A stretch of DNA of 64,000 nucleotides, taken from positions 459,526-523,525 of the forward strand of contig JBBDRP010000002.1 in assembly GCA_040905385.1 (NCBI GenBank). Reading direction: 5' to 3'. The notes under the pieces were generated by a model. That model was not told the origin of the DNA and did not search any database. It saw only the letters and a program-made list of their open reading frames with translations. The translations under genes and the position numbers were made by a program. Positions 29,684-38,613 of this stretch are shown here, in pieces. Numbering within the stretch: position 1 is the first letter of the stretch; each line of letters starts with the position of its first letter. Source of the DNA: Minisyncoccota bacterium. GTDB taxonomy: Bacteria > Patescibacteriota > Minisyncoccia > Phycocordibacterales > SW-6-46-9.

Positions 29684-29840
29684 GTTATTTAAATCTTACC
29701 ATCCACACCACCCGAAACGAAGCGGGGTAATGCGCAAAGCAGCCACCACTCTCCTGCTTGTCTCGGTCGGTCTCACTAATTGGTTGCCTTTTAGCGACTC
29801 GAAACAATGTTAATTGTGTCCAGCCTCAACACCTGTCATA

Positions 29841-30665
29841 TTACTCCAATAGATCAAGTGTCAAGCAGTGTGGTCCACCACCCCCTTTAATAAACTCGGA
29901 AAGGTCGATCGTCTGTACCCCATACCCTAGCTTCTCGAGGGCTTGCTGAGTAGCTGTAGATACTGATGTAGTAATAATAGTATCATCAACCTCTATAATA
30001 TTTGCGCCAAAATATTCTGTTTCCGCATCAAGCTCAATAACTGTGCGGCCGTCCCATAATTCAGAAGAACGCCATGTTTCACCCAAATGCAATGCGGGTG
30101 GATACACCAACACTCCACCTTGACACAAAAACGATACTGCCATATCTAAATGCAGATACTTGTCATTTGGTAGACGTGCAAATATCACCTCAATCGTGAG
30201 ACCAGTTTGTTGGCGATAAAATTCAATAAGCCATTGGTATGCCTCCACATTTTCACCTGGTTTGTAGCCCGCCACCAATGTCTGTTCATCTCGCCACATC
30301 AAGTTACCGCCCTCTAAATGCATACCTCGAGGTAACTGGTGGATTTCGTAGTCATGTTGCTTGAACCATCGCTGCAACAACTTTGGCTCGCGCATTCCCC
30401 GTGGACCAACGCTTCGTAGCAGTAATACTTTTCCAGGAGCATAAACCCAAGCATTGTCACGTGTATACACCATCGCTGAATCTCGAGCAGAAGGTTCGAT
30501 TTCCTGGACAACACCACCTGCAGCCACAATGGCGCACCGTAAGGTGCGCCATTGTTCCATTGCGAGATCTCGATCTACCGTCTCGTCGATGGTCAGCCAA
30601 GCGTTGAAGAGAAAGTGAGCATCAAAGTAATCAGGTGGACATAATAGAAAAGCACGCTGCTCCAT
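29841..30665 (-). CDS. DDAH/amidinotransferase-superfamily enzyme (dimethylarginine dimethylaminohydrolase-like)
   Basis: C-terminal SEFIKGGGGPHCLTL resembles the DDAH catalytic-Cys end (SEYRKIDGGVSCMSL). YLHLDM His motif. Start taken at MEQRAFLL (ATG complement at 30663-30665), 7 nt after the upstream stop. About 58-60% GC. Confidence 0.7.
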   Translation of the reverse strand: MEQRAFLLCPPDYFDAHFLFNAWLTIDETVDRDLAMEQWRTLRCAIVAAGGVVQEIEPSARDSAMVYTRDNAWVYAPGKVLLLRSVGPRGMREPKLLQRWFKQHDYEIHQLPRGMHLEGGNLMWRDEQTLVAGYKPGENVEAYQWLIEFYRQQTGLTIEVIFARLPNDKYLHLDMAVSFLCQGGVLVYPPALHLGETWRSSELWDGRTVIELDAETEYFGANIIEVDDTIITTSVSTATQQALEKLGYGVQTIDLSEFIKGGGGPHCLTLDLLE

Positions 30666-30672
30666 ATTACGA

Positions 30673-31197
30673 TTACTGAATCGGATCTTGTAGAGATACA
30701 CCCTTAGTAGACTGTAGCTGCGCATCTAATTCCGGTGTATCTCCTGGTTTTAGCATGCGGGCACGCACGCGACGCAGGGCACGACGAGCGTAGCGACCCT
30801 GCACTTTACCTGCTCGGGCACTTATTCGAGCCCGGACACGTCCCAAAACATACCGTGGACTCACTCGACGTCCAAGTCGTGGAACTGCTCTTGCAGACGC
30901 CCGAGCACCTGGCATCAACATAAACATACCCATCACACCAGCTACAACTGCTACGCCTATACGCCGCGACAGCAAGCGTACCTTATCCATGAGCGTTGGA
31001 GTGGCATCCTGTACCAAACGAGGGTCCATTCCCAAGTTCACAAGTTGTCGAGCATCACCCGATTGCACAGCCTGAAGCTCTGTATCTGTAAGGCCATAAC
31101 GCTTCTTAACGGCCGCGGCATCATCACGCAACTCTTGTTGTAATGTAGAACTGAAATATAATTTCTTAATAACACGATCAAGTACTTTATTTTGCAT
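30673..31197 (-). CDS. Nif11-like N-terminal domain protein with TM segment and extremely Arg-rich C-terminal tail
   Basis: VLDRVIKKLYFSSTLQQELRDDAAAVKKRYGLTDTELQAV resembles the Nif11/RiPP leader pattern (sLQekL...akaaGfsit.edL). Tail ARASARAVPRLGRRVSPRYVLGRVRARISARAGKVQGRYARRALRRVRAR. GC-rich. Confidence 0.55.
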   Translation of the reverse strand: MQNKVLDRVIKKLYFSSTLQQELRDDAAAVKKRYGLTDTELQAVQSGDARQLVNLGMDPRLVQDATPTLMDKVRLLSRRIGVAVVAGVMGMFMLMPGARASARAVPRLGRRVSPRYVLGRVRARISARAGKVQGRYARRALRRVRARMLKPGDTPELDAQLQSTKGVSLQDPIQ

Positions 31198-31404
31198 AGT
31201 AGAATTAAATTACTTATATGTCTTAAGTTTAGCATGTAGTAGCAACACTAAGCAATCCGCTATAATGACTTTTGCAGTTTGATTGGTTGAGAAAAATTAC
31301 ATGACATTATTGAAATATAATTATTTAAACGAAGACAAAATAGTGAAGAACAAGTCAAAGCTAAGATAGCGTCGCAAATAGACGCGTTATTTTTTCTCTC
31401 GCAG

Positions 31405-31836
31405 TCAGCCTTTATTTTCTTGAAGTATTACTACGGGGTCGGAGTTTGGCGGTTCAACTGTAGTAAAAAGATTTTTCTCATGAAAAATAACTACAGGATC
31501 GCTGTTTGGCGGTTCAACTGAAACCAGAACCCCGTCACCACCAGCCTGTATGTCAATCCCAACAGGATTTGTAAACTCATGTTCAGGAGAGCTTTCACCC
31601 TCACGAAATTCCGGGTCAGCGTGACCATCTCCGTCGTCATCACTATCCTCGTCACGAACAGAGGTCGGCTTATTCGAGCGCGTCGCGTTATAGTCTTGAG
31701 CTTGCGTCGCTCCTGGTGGTGAGTTTACTTTAATTATTTCGCCAACTTTTGAGGCCTCGGCCACGGGTATGGTAGAAATTACCAGACCCACAAAAGCGAA
31801 CGAGACGATACTAAATATTGCTATTTTTCTATACAT
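31405..31836 (-). CDS. secreted protein with internal 20-aa repeat, sharing a module with the tandem-HU protein
   Basis: Signal peptide. 60-nt direct repeat encoding TVEPPNSDPVVI twice. Shares YNA(T/S)RSNKPTS plus an Asp/Gly-rich tract with the 31917 gene. Confidence 0.55.
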   Translation of the reverse strand: MYRKIAIFSIVSFAFVGLVISTIPVAEASKVGEIIKVNSPPGATQAQDYNATRSNKPTSVRDEDSDDDGDGHADPEFREGESSPEHEFTNPVGIDIQAGGDGVLVSVEPPNSDPVVIFHEKNLFTTVEPPNSDPVVILQENKG

Positions 31837-31916
31837 AATGAAAATTATTAGTTATCCTATTTCTCCGACTATGGTGGGAAACTGTGGAGTGCCACACCCT
31901 TCAGCACGGGAACTTT

Positions 31917-32894
31917 TTAATTGACGGACTTTGAAAGTTCTGCGCCGGCTTTGAACTTAACCACGTTCTTAGCGGCTATTTGAATTTCTTTGCCTGTTTG
32001 TGGATTGCGACCGGTGCGTGCAGATCGTTTGCTGATACTGAATGATCCGAAGCCAATGAGTGAGATTCTATCACCCTTTTTGAGCGCTCTCGTTGTTGCG
32101 TTAGTAAAACCTTCAAGTGCTTTTTTGGCATCCGCTTTTGAGAGACCTGCTTTACTTGCGATCTCGTCGATAAGTTCAGCTTTGTTCATTCTTTCCTGTA
32201 TATCATTGTCGTCTCCATCATCCCCGTCGGCATCAACGGGTGATTTAGATGTAGGTTTGTTTGAACGAGACGCGTTATAGCCTTTAGCAGGTGCTACGTT
32301 CTCTCCGCTATTAGATGAACCGTCGTCATCAATACCCTTGATGCCGGGGCCGCCTTTAAATTCGTCAATTTTGCCTCGCGTCGCCTCTGTTTCGCTATCA
32401 CGCCCACCGTGACCAATTTGTGGATTGCGTCCGGTGCGTGCAGATCGTTTGCTGATACTGAATGAACCAAATCCAATCAATGAAATACGATCTCCTTTTT
32501 CCAAAATTTCCGTTGTTACGTTAGTAAAACCTTCAAGCGCTTTTTTTGCATCGGCTTTTGAGATCTTTGCGTCACTAGCGATCGCGTCGATAAGTTCAGC
32601 TTTGTTCATTCTTTCCGATATATCGTCATCCCCGTCGTCACCTCCACCTGATATCTCCGGAAGTTTCTTTTTAAGAATGCGCATGATTTCGTCGCCGTTA
32701 GGAGTATCCTTTTCTGCCTCCACAGCTTGCTTTCCTCTAACAAACTCACCGATTGTTCCGCCGTCATCTCCTCGTTCTTTTTCTTCAGGAGGATTATCAA
32801 TTGAGCGAGCTTCTGCGCTCATAGGCGTCGTGACGGTTAATACTCCAACAATCACAAGAACAATAGCGAATGTAAAGTAATAAAAATATTTCAT
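31917..32894 (-). CDS. secreted protein with two tandem HU/IHF-type DNA-binding domains
   Basis: Signal peptide MKYFYYFTFAIVLVIVGVLTVTTPMSAEA. Two copies of MNKAELID(A/E)IASxAxxSKADAKKALEGFTNxTTxxLxKGDRISLIGFGSFSISKRSARTGRNPQ (HU fold). Confidence 0.75.
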   Translation of the reverse strand: MKYFYYFTFAIVLVIVGVLTVTTPMSAEARSIDNPPEEKERGDDGGTIGEFVRGKQAVEAEKDTPNGDEIMRILKKKLPEISGGGDDGDDDISERMNKAELIDAIASDAKISKADAKKALEGFTNVTTEILEKGDRISLIGFGSFSISKRSARTGRNPQIGHGGRDSETEATRGKIDEFKGGPGIKGIDDDGSSNSGENVAPAKGYNASRSNKPTSKSPVDADGDDGDDNDIQERMNKAELIDEIASKAGLSKADAKKALEGFTNATTRALKKGDRISLIGFGSFSISKRSARTGRNPQTGKEIQIAAKNVVKFKAGAELSKSVN

Positions 32895-33214
32895 AAAAAT
32901 GTGTTTATATTAGAATGTTTAATAATAGTATAATTATGGCATATATATTTATCTCGCACAATGAATATTCAGTTGTTTTTTAAAGTATCATCTGAAATTA
33001 AGAAAATAAATACGCCATTGAGATCAAATATTATTGCCTTCTTCATGAAAGTAGTATATTAAATACCTTTGATATTAAAACTAATCATTGGTATTATACT
33101 GAGGATTCTACTGCCGGATCGCCCGGCCTTCGCACAAGGCTTCGGCGGATAAATATCAATAGCTTCGATTTAGAAATATTTTGAAGTCATTGTTTAATCG
33201 GCTGTGAACAATTT

Positions 33215-33285
33215 TGCCGGATCGTCTAATGGTAGGACGCATGGTTCTGGTCCATGTAATCTAGGTTCGAGTCCTAGTCCGGCAA
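33215..33285 (+). tRNA. tRNA-Gln (anticodon CTG)
   Basis: Cloverleaf folds by hand: acceptor TGCCGGA/TCCGGCA, anticodon stem CATGG/CCATG with loop TTCTGGT, T-arm CTAGG-TTCGAGT-CCTAG. Confidence 0.8.
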
Positions 33286-33463
33286 CAAATTAAACGAAGT
33301 GCGATTTGGTGCCGGAAGCGAGTGCATTTCTGCACTCGCGTCAGGATTCGAAAGCCGCAGTGATGTCTGCGTTTGGCGTAGCCAAGGCGCAGACCACGAG
33401 GCGGGGTCGCGGAATTTTCTTGTCAGAGAAAATATCTGTGACCGAGTCCTAGTCCGGCAACAA
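33286..33463 (+). mobile_element. non-coding insertion downstream of tRNA-Gln ending in a 21-nt direct repeat of the tRNA 3' end
   Basis: cgagtcctagtccggcaacaa occurs at 33268-33288 and 33443-33463. The internal core 33358-33442 is about 75% identical to 52846-52922. Confidence 0.35.
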
Positions 33464-33521
33464 TTCAATACAGCTCTCGCAAACGCTCAAGCTTTACTCA
33501 GTATTTGATATACTAAAATAC

Positions 33522-34040
33522 ATGAATTTCTCAGAACAATTTGATGGTCCAGATAAGCCAGATGATGACAACGAAAACCATGACAGCTACTTAAGCGCAG
33601 AATTTCGGTATTGGGCCTCAGAATTTAAAGATGAGCTTGAGATGCACGGACTGCAGTGGATCCAAAAAGGTGGTGGTGACAGTGATCAATGTCAAGTCAG
33701 GATCAAAAAGGAGTCAGGTTTTGGTAGACAATTTACCGGAGAGGGACAAGGTTGGAAGGAGGCGTTTGAAGATGCTATGGATAAGTACCGCAAACATCTG
33801 GAAAGTCGACCTAAAACCATCTCAGCCAAAGGTCTTTCCTCTGATGAGATAGAGAGAGTGCAGAAGGGTGGAGAAAAAGAATATAGAAAAATAGCGTACG
33901 AAAAAGTACGTGATGCAGCGAAAGTCTCAAAGTTTGGTGAGGTAGAAACAAATTTTTTAAAAATATTTCTTAATGATTTAAAAGAAGAAGATTACGAGAT
34001 TGCAGAAAAAGTAGACAAAGAACTTAAAAGTAGAAAGTGA
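33522..34040 (+). CDS. hypothetical protein (acidic N-terminus)
   Basis: 172-aa ORF. Confidence 0.55.
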   Translation: MNFSEQFDGPDKPDDDNENHDSYLSAEFRYWASEFKDELEMHGLQWIQKGGGDSDQCQVRIKKESGFGRQFTGEGQGWKEAFEDAMDKYRKHLESRPKTISAKGLSSDEIERVQKGGEKEYRKIAYEKVRDAAKVSKFGEVETNFLKIFLNDLKEEDYEIAEKVDKELKSRK

Positions 34041-34151
34041 TAAGCTTACTTTGCTTAAGAAAAGTAAGCAATTCTAGTCTTCACGGTAAAATAATCCTGT
34101 AAACCGAATCTCTGCCCATCCTATGTCAATGAACTGATATTATGCTTACTA

Positions 34152-34592
34152 ATGAATAAATCATCTACAATATATTTCTACGGTGGTGGCTATAACTGTC
34201 TCTCGAACTTTGCCGCCTATCAAGTTGTGTATGACGATAGAATCTGGATGACGGCCGAGCACGCTTATCAGGCACATAAGTTCAATGACACAGATATTCA
34301 GGATGAAATTCAGTCCTGTGCCTCAGCCCATGCTGCCAAACAATTAGCCCATGAATACGGAAACCACGTACGTGAAGACTGGTTTGATATAAATGTTGAA
34401 ATTATGGAGAACATACTACGCGCAAAGCTTTCTAAGCACCAACACATTCAGCAGAAGTTACGGGTGTCAGCGGAAAAAGAACTAGTTGAAGACTCTGATG
34501 ATGAGTTCTGGGGTTGTGGTGAAAATAGAAACGGGAAAAATATGCTTGGAAAACTATGGATAAAGTTACGAAATGAGCTACTAAAGACATAG
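34152..34592 (+). CDS. NADAR (YbiA-like, DUF1768) domain protein
   Basis: IYFYGGGYNCLSNFAAYQVVYDDRIWMTAEHAYQAHKF ... DDEFWGCGENRNGKNMLGKLWIKLR. Confidence 0.75.
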   Translation: MNKSSTIYFYGGGYNCLSNFAAYQVVYDDRIWMTAEHAYQAHKFNDTDIQDEIQSCASAHAAKQLAHEYGNHVREDWFDINVEIMENILRAKLSKHQHIQQKLRVSAEKELVEDSDDEFWGCGENRNGKNMLGKLWIKLRNELLKT

Positions 34593-34667
34593 CTACCACC
34601 CAGTCATAAACTGCCTTGAATTAAACCTTTGCTATACTGATACGTAGACATCCTTAAATTTAGATAA

Positions 34668-35654
34668 ATGGAAATTCTATACTCATTTTTAATAATCTTC
34701 GTAGGCGTCTTTTTTATGATTCAGGCCGGCAAGGTCGTTGTCCGGTCGCTTGGTATCACGGCCCGTTTTCTGCGACTGTCTGAGTATGTCTTATCATTTA
34801 TTCTCATCGCCCTGGCCACGTCTCTTCCGGAGCTTGCTGTCGGCGTAAACTCAGCGATCCTCGGCATTCCAGAACTTTCGCTTGGAGACATTATCGGAAC
34901 CAACATAGTAAACTTCAGCTTAATTCTCGGAGTCGTGGCTATAGTCGGAAGCAATGTAGAATTAAAGGACTACGATCACTTCAAGAAAAATAGATTGTTT
35001 CTGATGTTGGCTGTACTGGCACCAATGATCCTGATTCTGGACGGTACGCTCTCAAGAATTGACGGAGGAGTACTTATCCTGCTTTTTGTGTGGAATATCA
35101 TCAGGCTTCTTGATCTAGATGACATACTTCTCGGCAGAAAAGTTCTGCGACCGCATTTAAGTAAATATGTACACGATAGCGTTGCTACATGGAAAGAATT
35201 CTTAAAACACCTCTTCTTGCTACTAAGTGGGGCGGCTGTATTAATAACCTCTGCCCTATTTATTGTTAGAGCGGCTGAGGATATATCCATAGCCCTAGGT
35301 GTATCTAGCGCGCTAATTGGGGTGCTCGTCATCGCGGTGTGCACAAGTTTGCCTGAGCTCATTGTGGGACTGCGAAGCGTGCGAGCAGACAAAAGCAGCA
35401 TAACGCTCGGTGACATCCTTGGTTCGGCGACGATTAACTCAACCTTGGTTCTTGGTATTGTGACGCTTATATCACCAATTACGTTACAGAATCAAGCGAT
35501 TGTCTGGGTGGGGATACTATTTACTATTGCTTCGCTACTTATGATCTTTTATTTTCTCAAAAGCAAACACTCGATATCGCGCAAAGAGGGGTATTTCCTT
35601 TTCGGGCTCTACATCCTTTTTGTACTAACGCAGCTCGGTATAAATTTCTATTAG
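34668..35654 (+). CDS. Na+/Ca2+ exchanger (CaCA/YrbG-like) membrane transporter
   Basis: Two alpha-repeat regions: GITARFLRLSEYVLSFILIALATSLPEL and a second LGVSSALIGVLVIAVCTSLPEL. Confidence 0.8.
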   Translation: MEILYSFLIIFVGVFFMIQAGKVVVRSLGITARFLRLSEYVLSFILIALATSLPELAVGVNSAILGIPELSLGDIIGTNIVNFSLILGVVAIVGSNVELKDYDHFKKNRLFLMLAVLAPMILILDGTLSRIDGGVLILLFVWNIIRLLDLDDILLGRKVLRPHLSKYVHDSVATWKEFLKHLFLLLSGAAVLITSALFIVRAAEDISIALGVSSALIGVLVIAVCTSLPELIVGLRSVRADKSSITLGDILGSATINSTLVLGIVTLISPITLQNQAIVWVGILFTIASLLMIFYFLKSKHSISRKEGYFLFGLYILFVLTQLGINFY

Positions 35655-35670
35655 CCTAAATCGATTAAAA

Positions 35671-35695
35671 AAATCCCTGGGTTACCCAGGGATTT
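35671..35695. terminator. bidirectional rho-independent terminator
   Basis: aaatccctggg-tta-cccagggattt 11-bp stem flanked by an A-run and a T-run. Confidence 0.75.
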
Positions 35696-35700
35696 TTTAA

Positions 35701-36159
35701 TTAAGTATCATATTGTGGTAATAATTTTTGATTTAGTTGGATATGCCTTGAAATGATATCAGCACATTTTGGATCTCGTTTATCACGGGCGTAAGCTAAT
35801 GCTGCTTTATTACCTGCATCATGAATGCTGGCATTGGCACCATGCTTACACAGAAATCTAACGACATCGGTACGATTCTCTTCTGCTGCAAGAATCAGCG
35901 CTGTTTTGCCAGTTACAGAAGTTTTTTGATTTAAATAACTCTTGGAATATCCATGCAGCGCTGCTAACTGCTTGACCTTTTCAAGGTTACCACTCCTAGC
36001 TGCTTGTAGAAGATTCTGCTCTTTACGGTAATCATGATGACTGAGTCCAACATACTCTGAAGTTGGTTTTGTTTGAGCCATGAGAATAAATTTTGAAGGT
36101 TCAAATTTACCATCAATATAAAGTAGAATACCTCTATAAGCAACCAAATATGTTGACAA
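35701..36159 (-). CDS. ankyrin-repeat protein
   Basis: TGKTALILAAEENRTDVVRFLCKHGANASIHD ANK repeats. Confidence 0.75.
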   Translation of the reverse strand: MSTYLVAYRGILLYIDGKFEPSKFILMAQTKPTSEYVGLSHHDYRKEQNLLQAARSGNLEKVKQLAALHGYSKSYLNQKTSVTGKTALILAAEENRTDVVRFLCKHGANASIHDAGNKAALAYARDKRDPKCADIISRHIQLNQKLLPQYDT

Positions 36160-36219
36160 AACACGGTCGCTTCTCTACTATCGAACCAGAAACCACAACT
36201 CAAACCAAAGCTAAATGCC

Positions 36220-36765
36220 ATGGAAGAAACAGCTGTTCATTCACATCCACAGTCTGGTAAAAACTTTTTATCACAAATACAGAAAATAACCGAAGAAGGT
36301 AGAAAAAAACGAAAAGATGCCCGAAGGAAAGCCCGAGCGAAACTGTTGAGGAGTTTCTACAGGGAATGCCGGCAAACCGTAGCTCATGAAGTAGAATTAA
36401 TCGAGAGAAGAATAACGCGGTACGCGCAGGATGGTAAAAATGTCTATTTTAGACCCTTTTCTATCCATCATAAGAAACTGTACGAAAACAGATCATCTAT
36501 TGATTCAGTTCCCCATCTTTTACTAAGCAAAAACAAAGCAAGAAAAGAGAAGGTTATCTCGAATTATCTTGATCTCGACTTCATTGATTCAAGATACGCA
36601 TATCTTATGAACAAAAGAGTTTATTACGAAATCGCACTGCACTTCCTCAATAAGAACCTCAGCGTTTATGATGGAACTGCGGAAATTTACCTTGATCCTG
36701 ACTACGCCCGCAGTCACAACTACAAACTTAATGTAGAAATACACCTCCTGGTCATTCGCTGGTAA
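36220..36765 (+). CDS. hypothetical basic protein
   Basis: 181 aa, K/R-rich N-terminus. Confidence 0.5.
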   Translation: MEETAVHSHPQSGKNFLSQIQKITEEGRKKRKDARRKARAKLLRSFYRECRQTVAHEVELIERRITRYAQDGKNVYFRPFSIHHKKLYENRSSIDSVPHLLLSKNKARKEKVISNYLDLDFIDSRYAYLMNKRVYYEIALHFLNKNLSVYDGTAEIYLDPDYARSHNYKLNVEIHLLVIRW

Positions 36766-36777
36766 TATCACTTAACT

Positions 36778-36809
36778 AAACCCTTAGAAACAGCTGTTTC
36801 TAAGGGTTT
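36778..36809. terminator. bidirectional terminator (perfect 16-bp palindrome)
   Basis: aaacccttagaaacag|ctgtttctaagggttt followed by TTTT. Confidence 0.7.
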
Positions 36810-37792
36810 TAATCTCGTACTACCACCTCGGTTCCTTCTGGTGTCCAGGCATACAACTGCATCGCCTTTTCTGGCGGGAGGTTTACGCACCCGTGCGACC
36901 AGTTTCTGCCAAATTTATCATGCCAGTAGGCGCCATGAATCACCGCGCCCTGCTCGGTAAAGTAGAGATTCCACGGCACCCCAGGCAGATCGTAATCATC
37001 ATCTGTGATGCCCGGAATCGGCCCCTGCATATAGCGGCTGGGCGTACGGTAGAAGACCGTGAAAGTCCCCCGTGGCGTAAGGGCACCAATAACACCGGTC
37101 GACACCTCCTCTTCCATATATATATCATCGCCCTCGTAGGCATACAGCTTCTGTTCAGACAAATTAATCACAATACGTTTCGGGCTTGAGGTACTTGATG
37201 CCGATTCGGTAAGTGTATTCGGATCAACAGCGCGAACGTACTCAGCCGCTACATACCAGTCCCCGTTCAGCCGTTCGGGATGTCGCAGCCACTCGTCAAA
37301 AACAACCTTGTACCACACCAACCCTTCGGCCTGTACCCTATCCTCAACCTTTAGTACCTGACCGTTGCGTAGCTTGTCCTGAATCTCAGCAGCTGTTGAG
37401 GGCGCTGCGCGCACATTCAGGCAATCTCCTTCGTAGTAAGGACCGCAGGCATCTGTTACCTCGATATAGGTAGGCAGCTGAGTTTCCTCTTCATCATCTT
37501 CTGATTCTTCCGGACTCGTTTCAGTTTCTGTATCACTTGAGGTTAATTGTGCCTCCTCTTCCTCCTGTTGCGCCTGGTCTCGTCGGATATCCGCGAGCTG
37601 TTCTTCAGGCATTATGTTCTCTATATCCGACTCCAGCACAACTCGTGATGAAGTGGAAGATTCTTTAATAGTAATGCTCTCCGTATGCTCCCACTGAGCC
37701 GTCAAAAGCGTAAATGTAGCTGCCATGGCAACAACAAGCAATACAATCTTTGTGATTAAAGATGATTTCATTTCCTCCATTATACGTGACAT
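36809..37792 (-). CDS. L,D-transpeptidase (YkuD domain) with N-terminal TM
   Basis: HGCVNLPPEKAMQLYAW catalytic His-Gly-Cys motif. Confidence 0.8.
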   Translation of the reverse strand: MSRIMEEMKSSLITKIVLLVVAMAATFTLLTAQWEHTESITIKESSTSSRVVLESDIENIMPEEQLADIRRDQAQQEEEEAQLTSSDTETETSPEESEDDEEETQLPTYIEVTDACGPYYEGDCLNVRAAPSTAAEIQDKLRNGQVLKVEDRVQAEGLVWYKVVFDEWLRHPERLNGDWYVAAEYVRAVDPNTLTESASSTSSPKRIVINLSEQKLYAYEGDDIYMEEEVSTGVIGALTPRGTFTVFYRTPSRYMQGPIPGITDDDYDLPGVPWNLYFTEQGAVIHGAYWHDKFGRNWSHGCVNLPPEKAMQLYAWTPEGTEVVVRD

Positions 37793-37828
37793 ATCAGCAT
37801 TCGCTGCTAATTTTCAAAAATAATTTAT

Positions 37829-38563
37829 CTACTTCGCCGTCCAGCCACCATCCACATACAACACCTCACCCGTAACATATACTGCTTCGTCTGACGCCAG
37901 GTAAACAGCGGCATTTGCAATATCATCCACAGCACCAACATGACCAAGGGGCGTAGAAGATTCGACGAAATTACGAAAGTCATCATTTTCGAGCATTTCT
38001 CTGGTCATTGCCGTCTTGATAAAGCCCGGCGCAATCGCGTTGACGCGAATTTCATTATCAGCCAGATCCAAGGCACCAGCATGCGTTAGCTGCACAACAC
38101 CTCCCTTTGAAGCACAGTACGATAGGGCCCCAGCAAATCCTACCTTACCTAAAATTGAGCTCATATTGATGATTGCACCACCTTCCTGCTGCATCGCTTT
38201 GGCCGCCTCGCGCATACCGTACATCGTTCCGGATAGGTTAACACCGATAACTCTCTCCCAATTTTCATCTGTTACATCTGCTATCCCTTGTGCATCCCCA
38301 ACACCAGCATTATTCACCATCACATCAAGCTGACCATACGAATCAATCGTCTGCTGGACTAGGTCACGAACTGCCCCTGAGTCAGACACATCACACTGTA
38401 CGTACGACGTATTTTCGGATGACATGTCGATACCTTCTGATGGTTCCTCAGCAATATCTGAAAAAACTACCTTAGCACCTTCTTCGAGAAAGCGTTCGCA
38501 AATACGCTTCCCAATTCCTGAATTAGAGCCCGTGACAACAGCTACTTTATTTTCTAGTCGCAT
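37829..38563 (-). CDS. SDR-family oxidoreductase (FabG-like)
   Basis: VAVVTGSNSGIGKRI, NNAG, YCASKGG. Confidence 0.8.
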   Translation of the reverse strand: MRLENKVAVVTGSNSGIGKRICERFLEEGAKVVFSDIAEEPSEGIDMSSENTSYVQCDVSDSGAVRDLVQQTIDSYGQLDVMVNNAGVGDAQGIADVTDENWERVIGVNLSGTMYGMREAAKAMQQEGGAIINMSSILGKVGFAGALSYCASKGGVVQLTHAGALDLADNEIRVNAIAPGFIKTAMTREMLENDDFRNFVESSTPLGHVGAVDDIANAAVYLASDEAVYVTGEVLYVDGGWTAK

Positions 38564-38613
38564 AATATTTGATATTAAAATTAATTCCCATAATCAGCAT
38601 ACTGATTATCTAG

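Noticed and set aside
30666-30725. Longer start of the DDAH-like gene overlapping the upstream gene by 53 nt
   Set aside because: The internal ATG at 30663-30665 (MEQRAFLL) leaves a 7-nt gap after the upstream stop and is more plausible.
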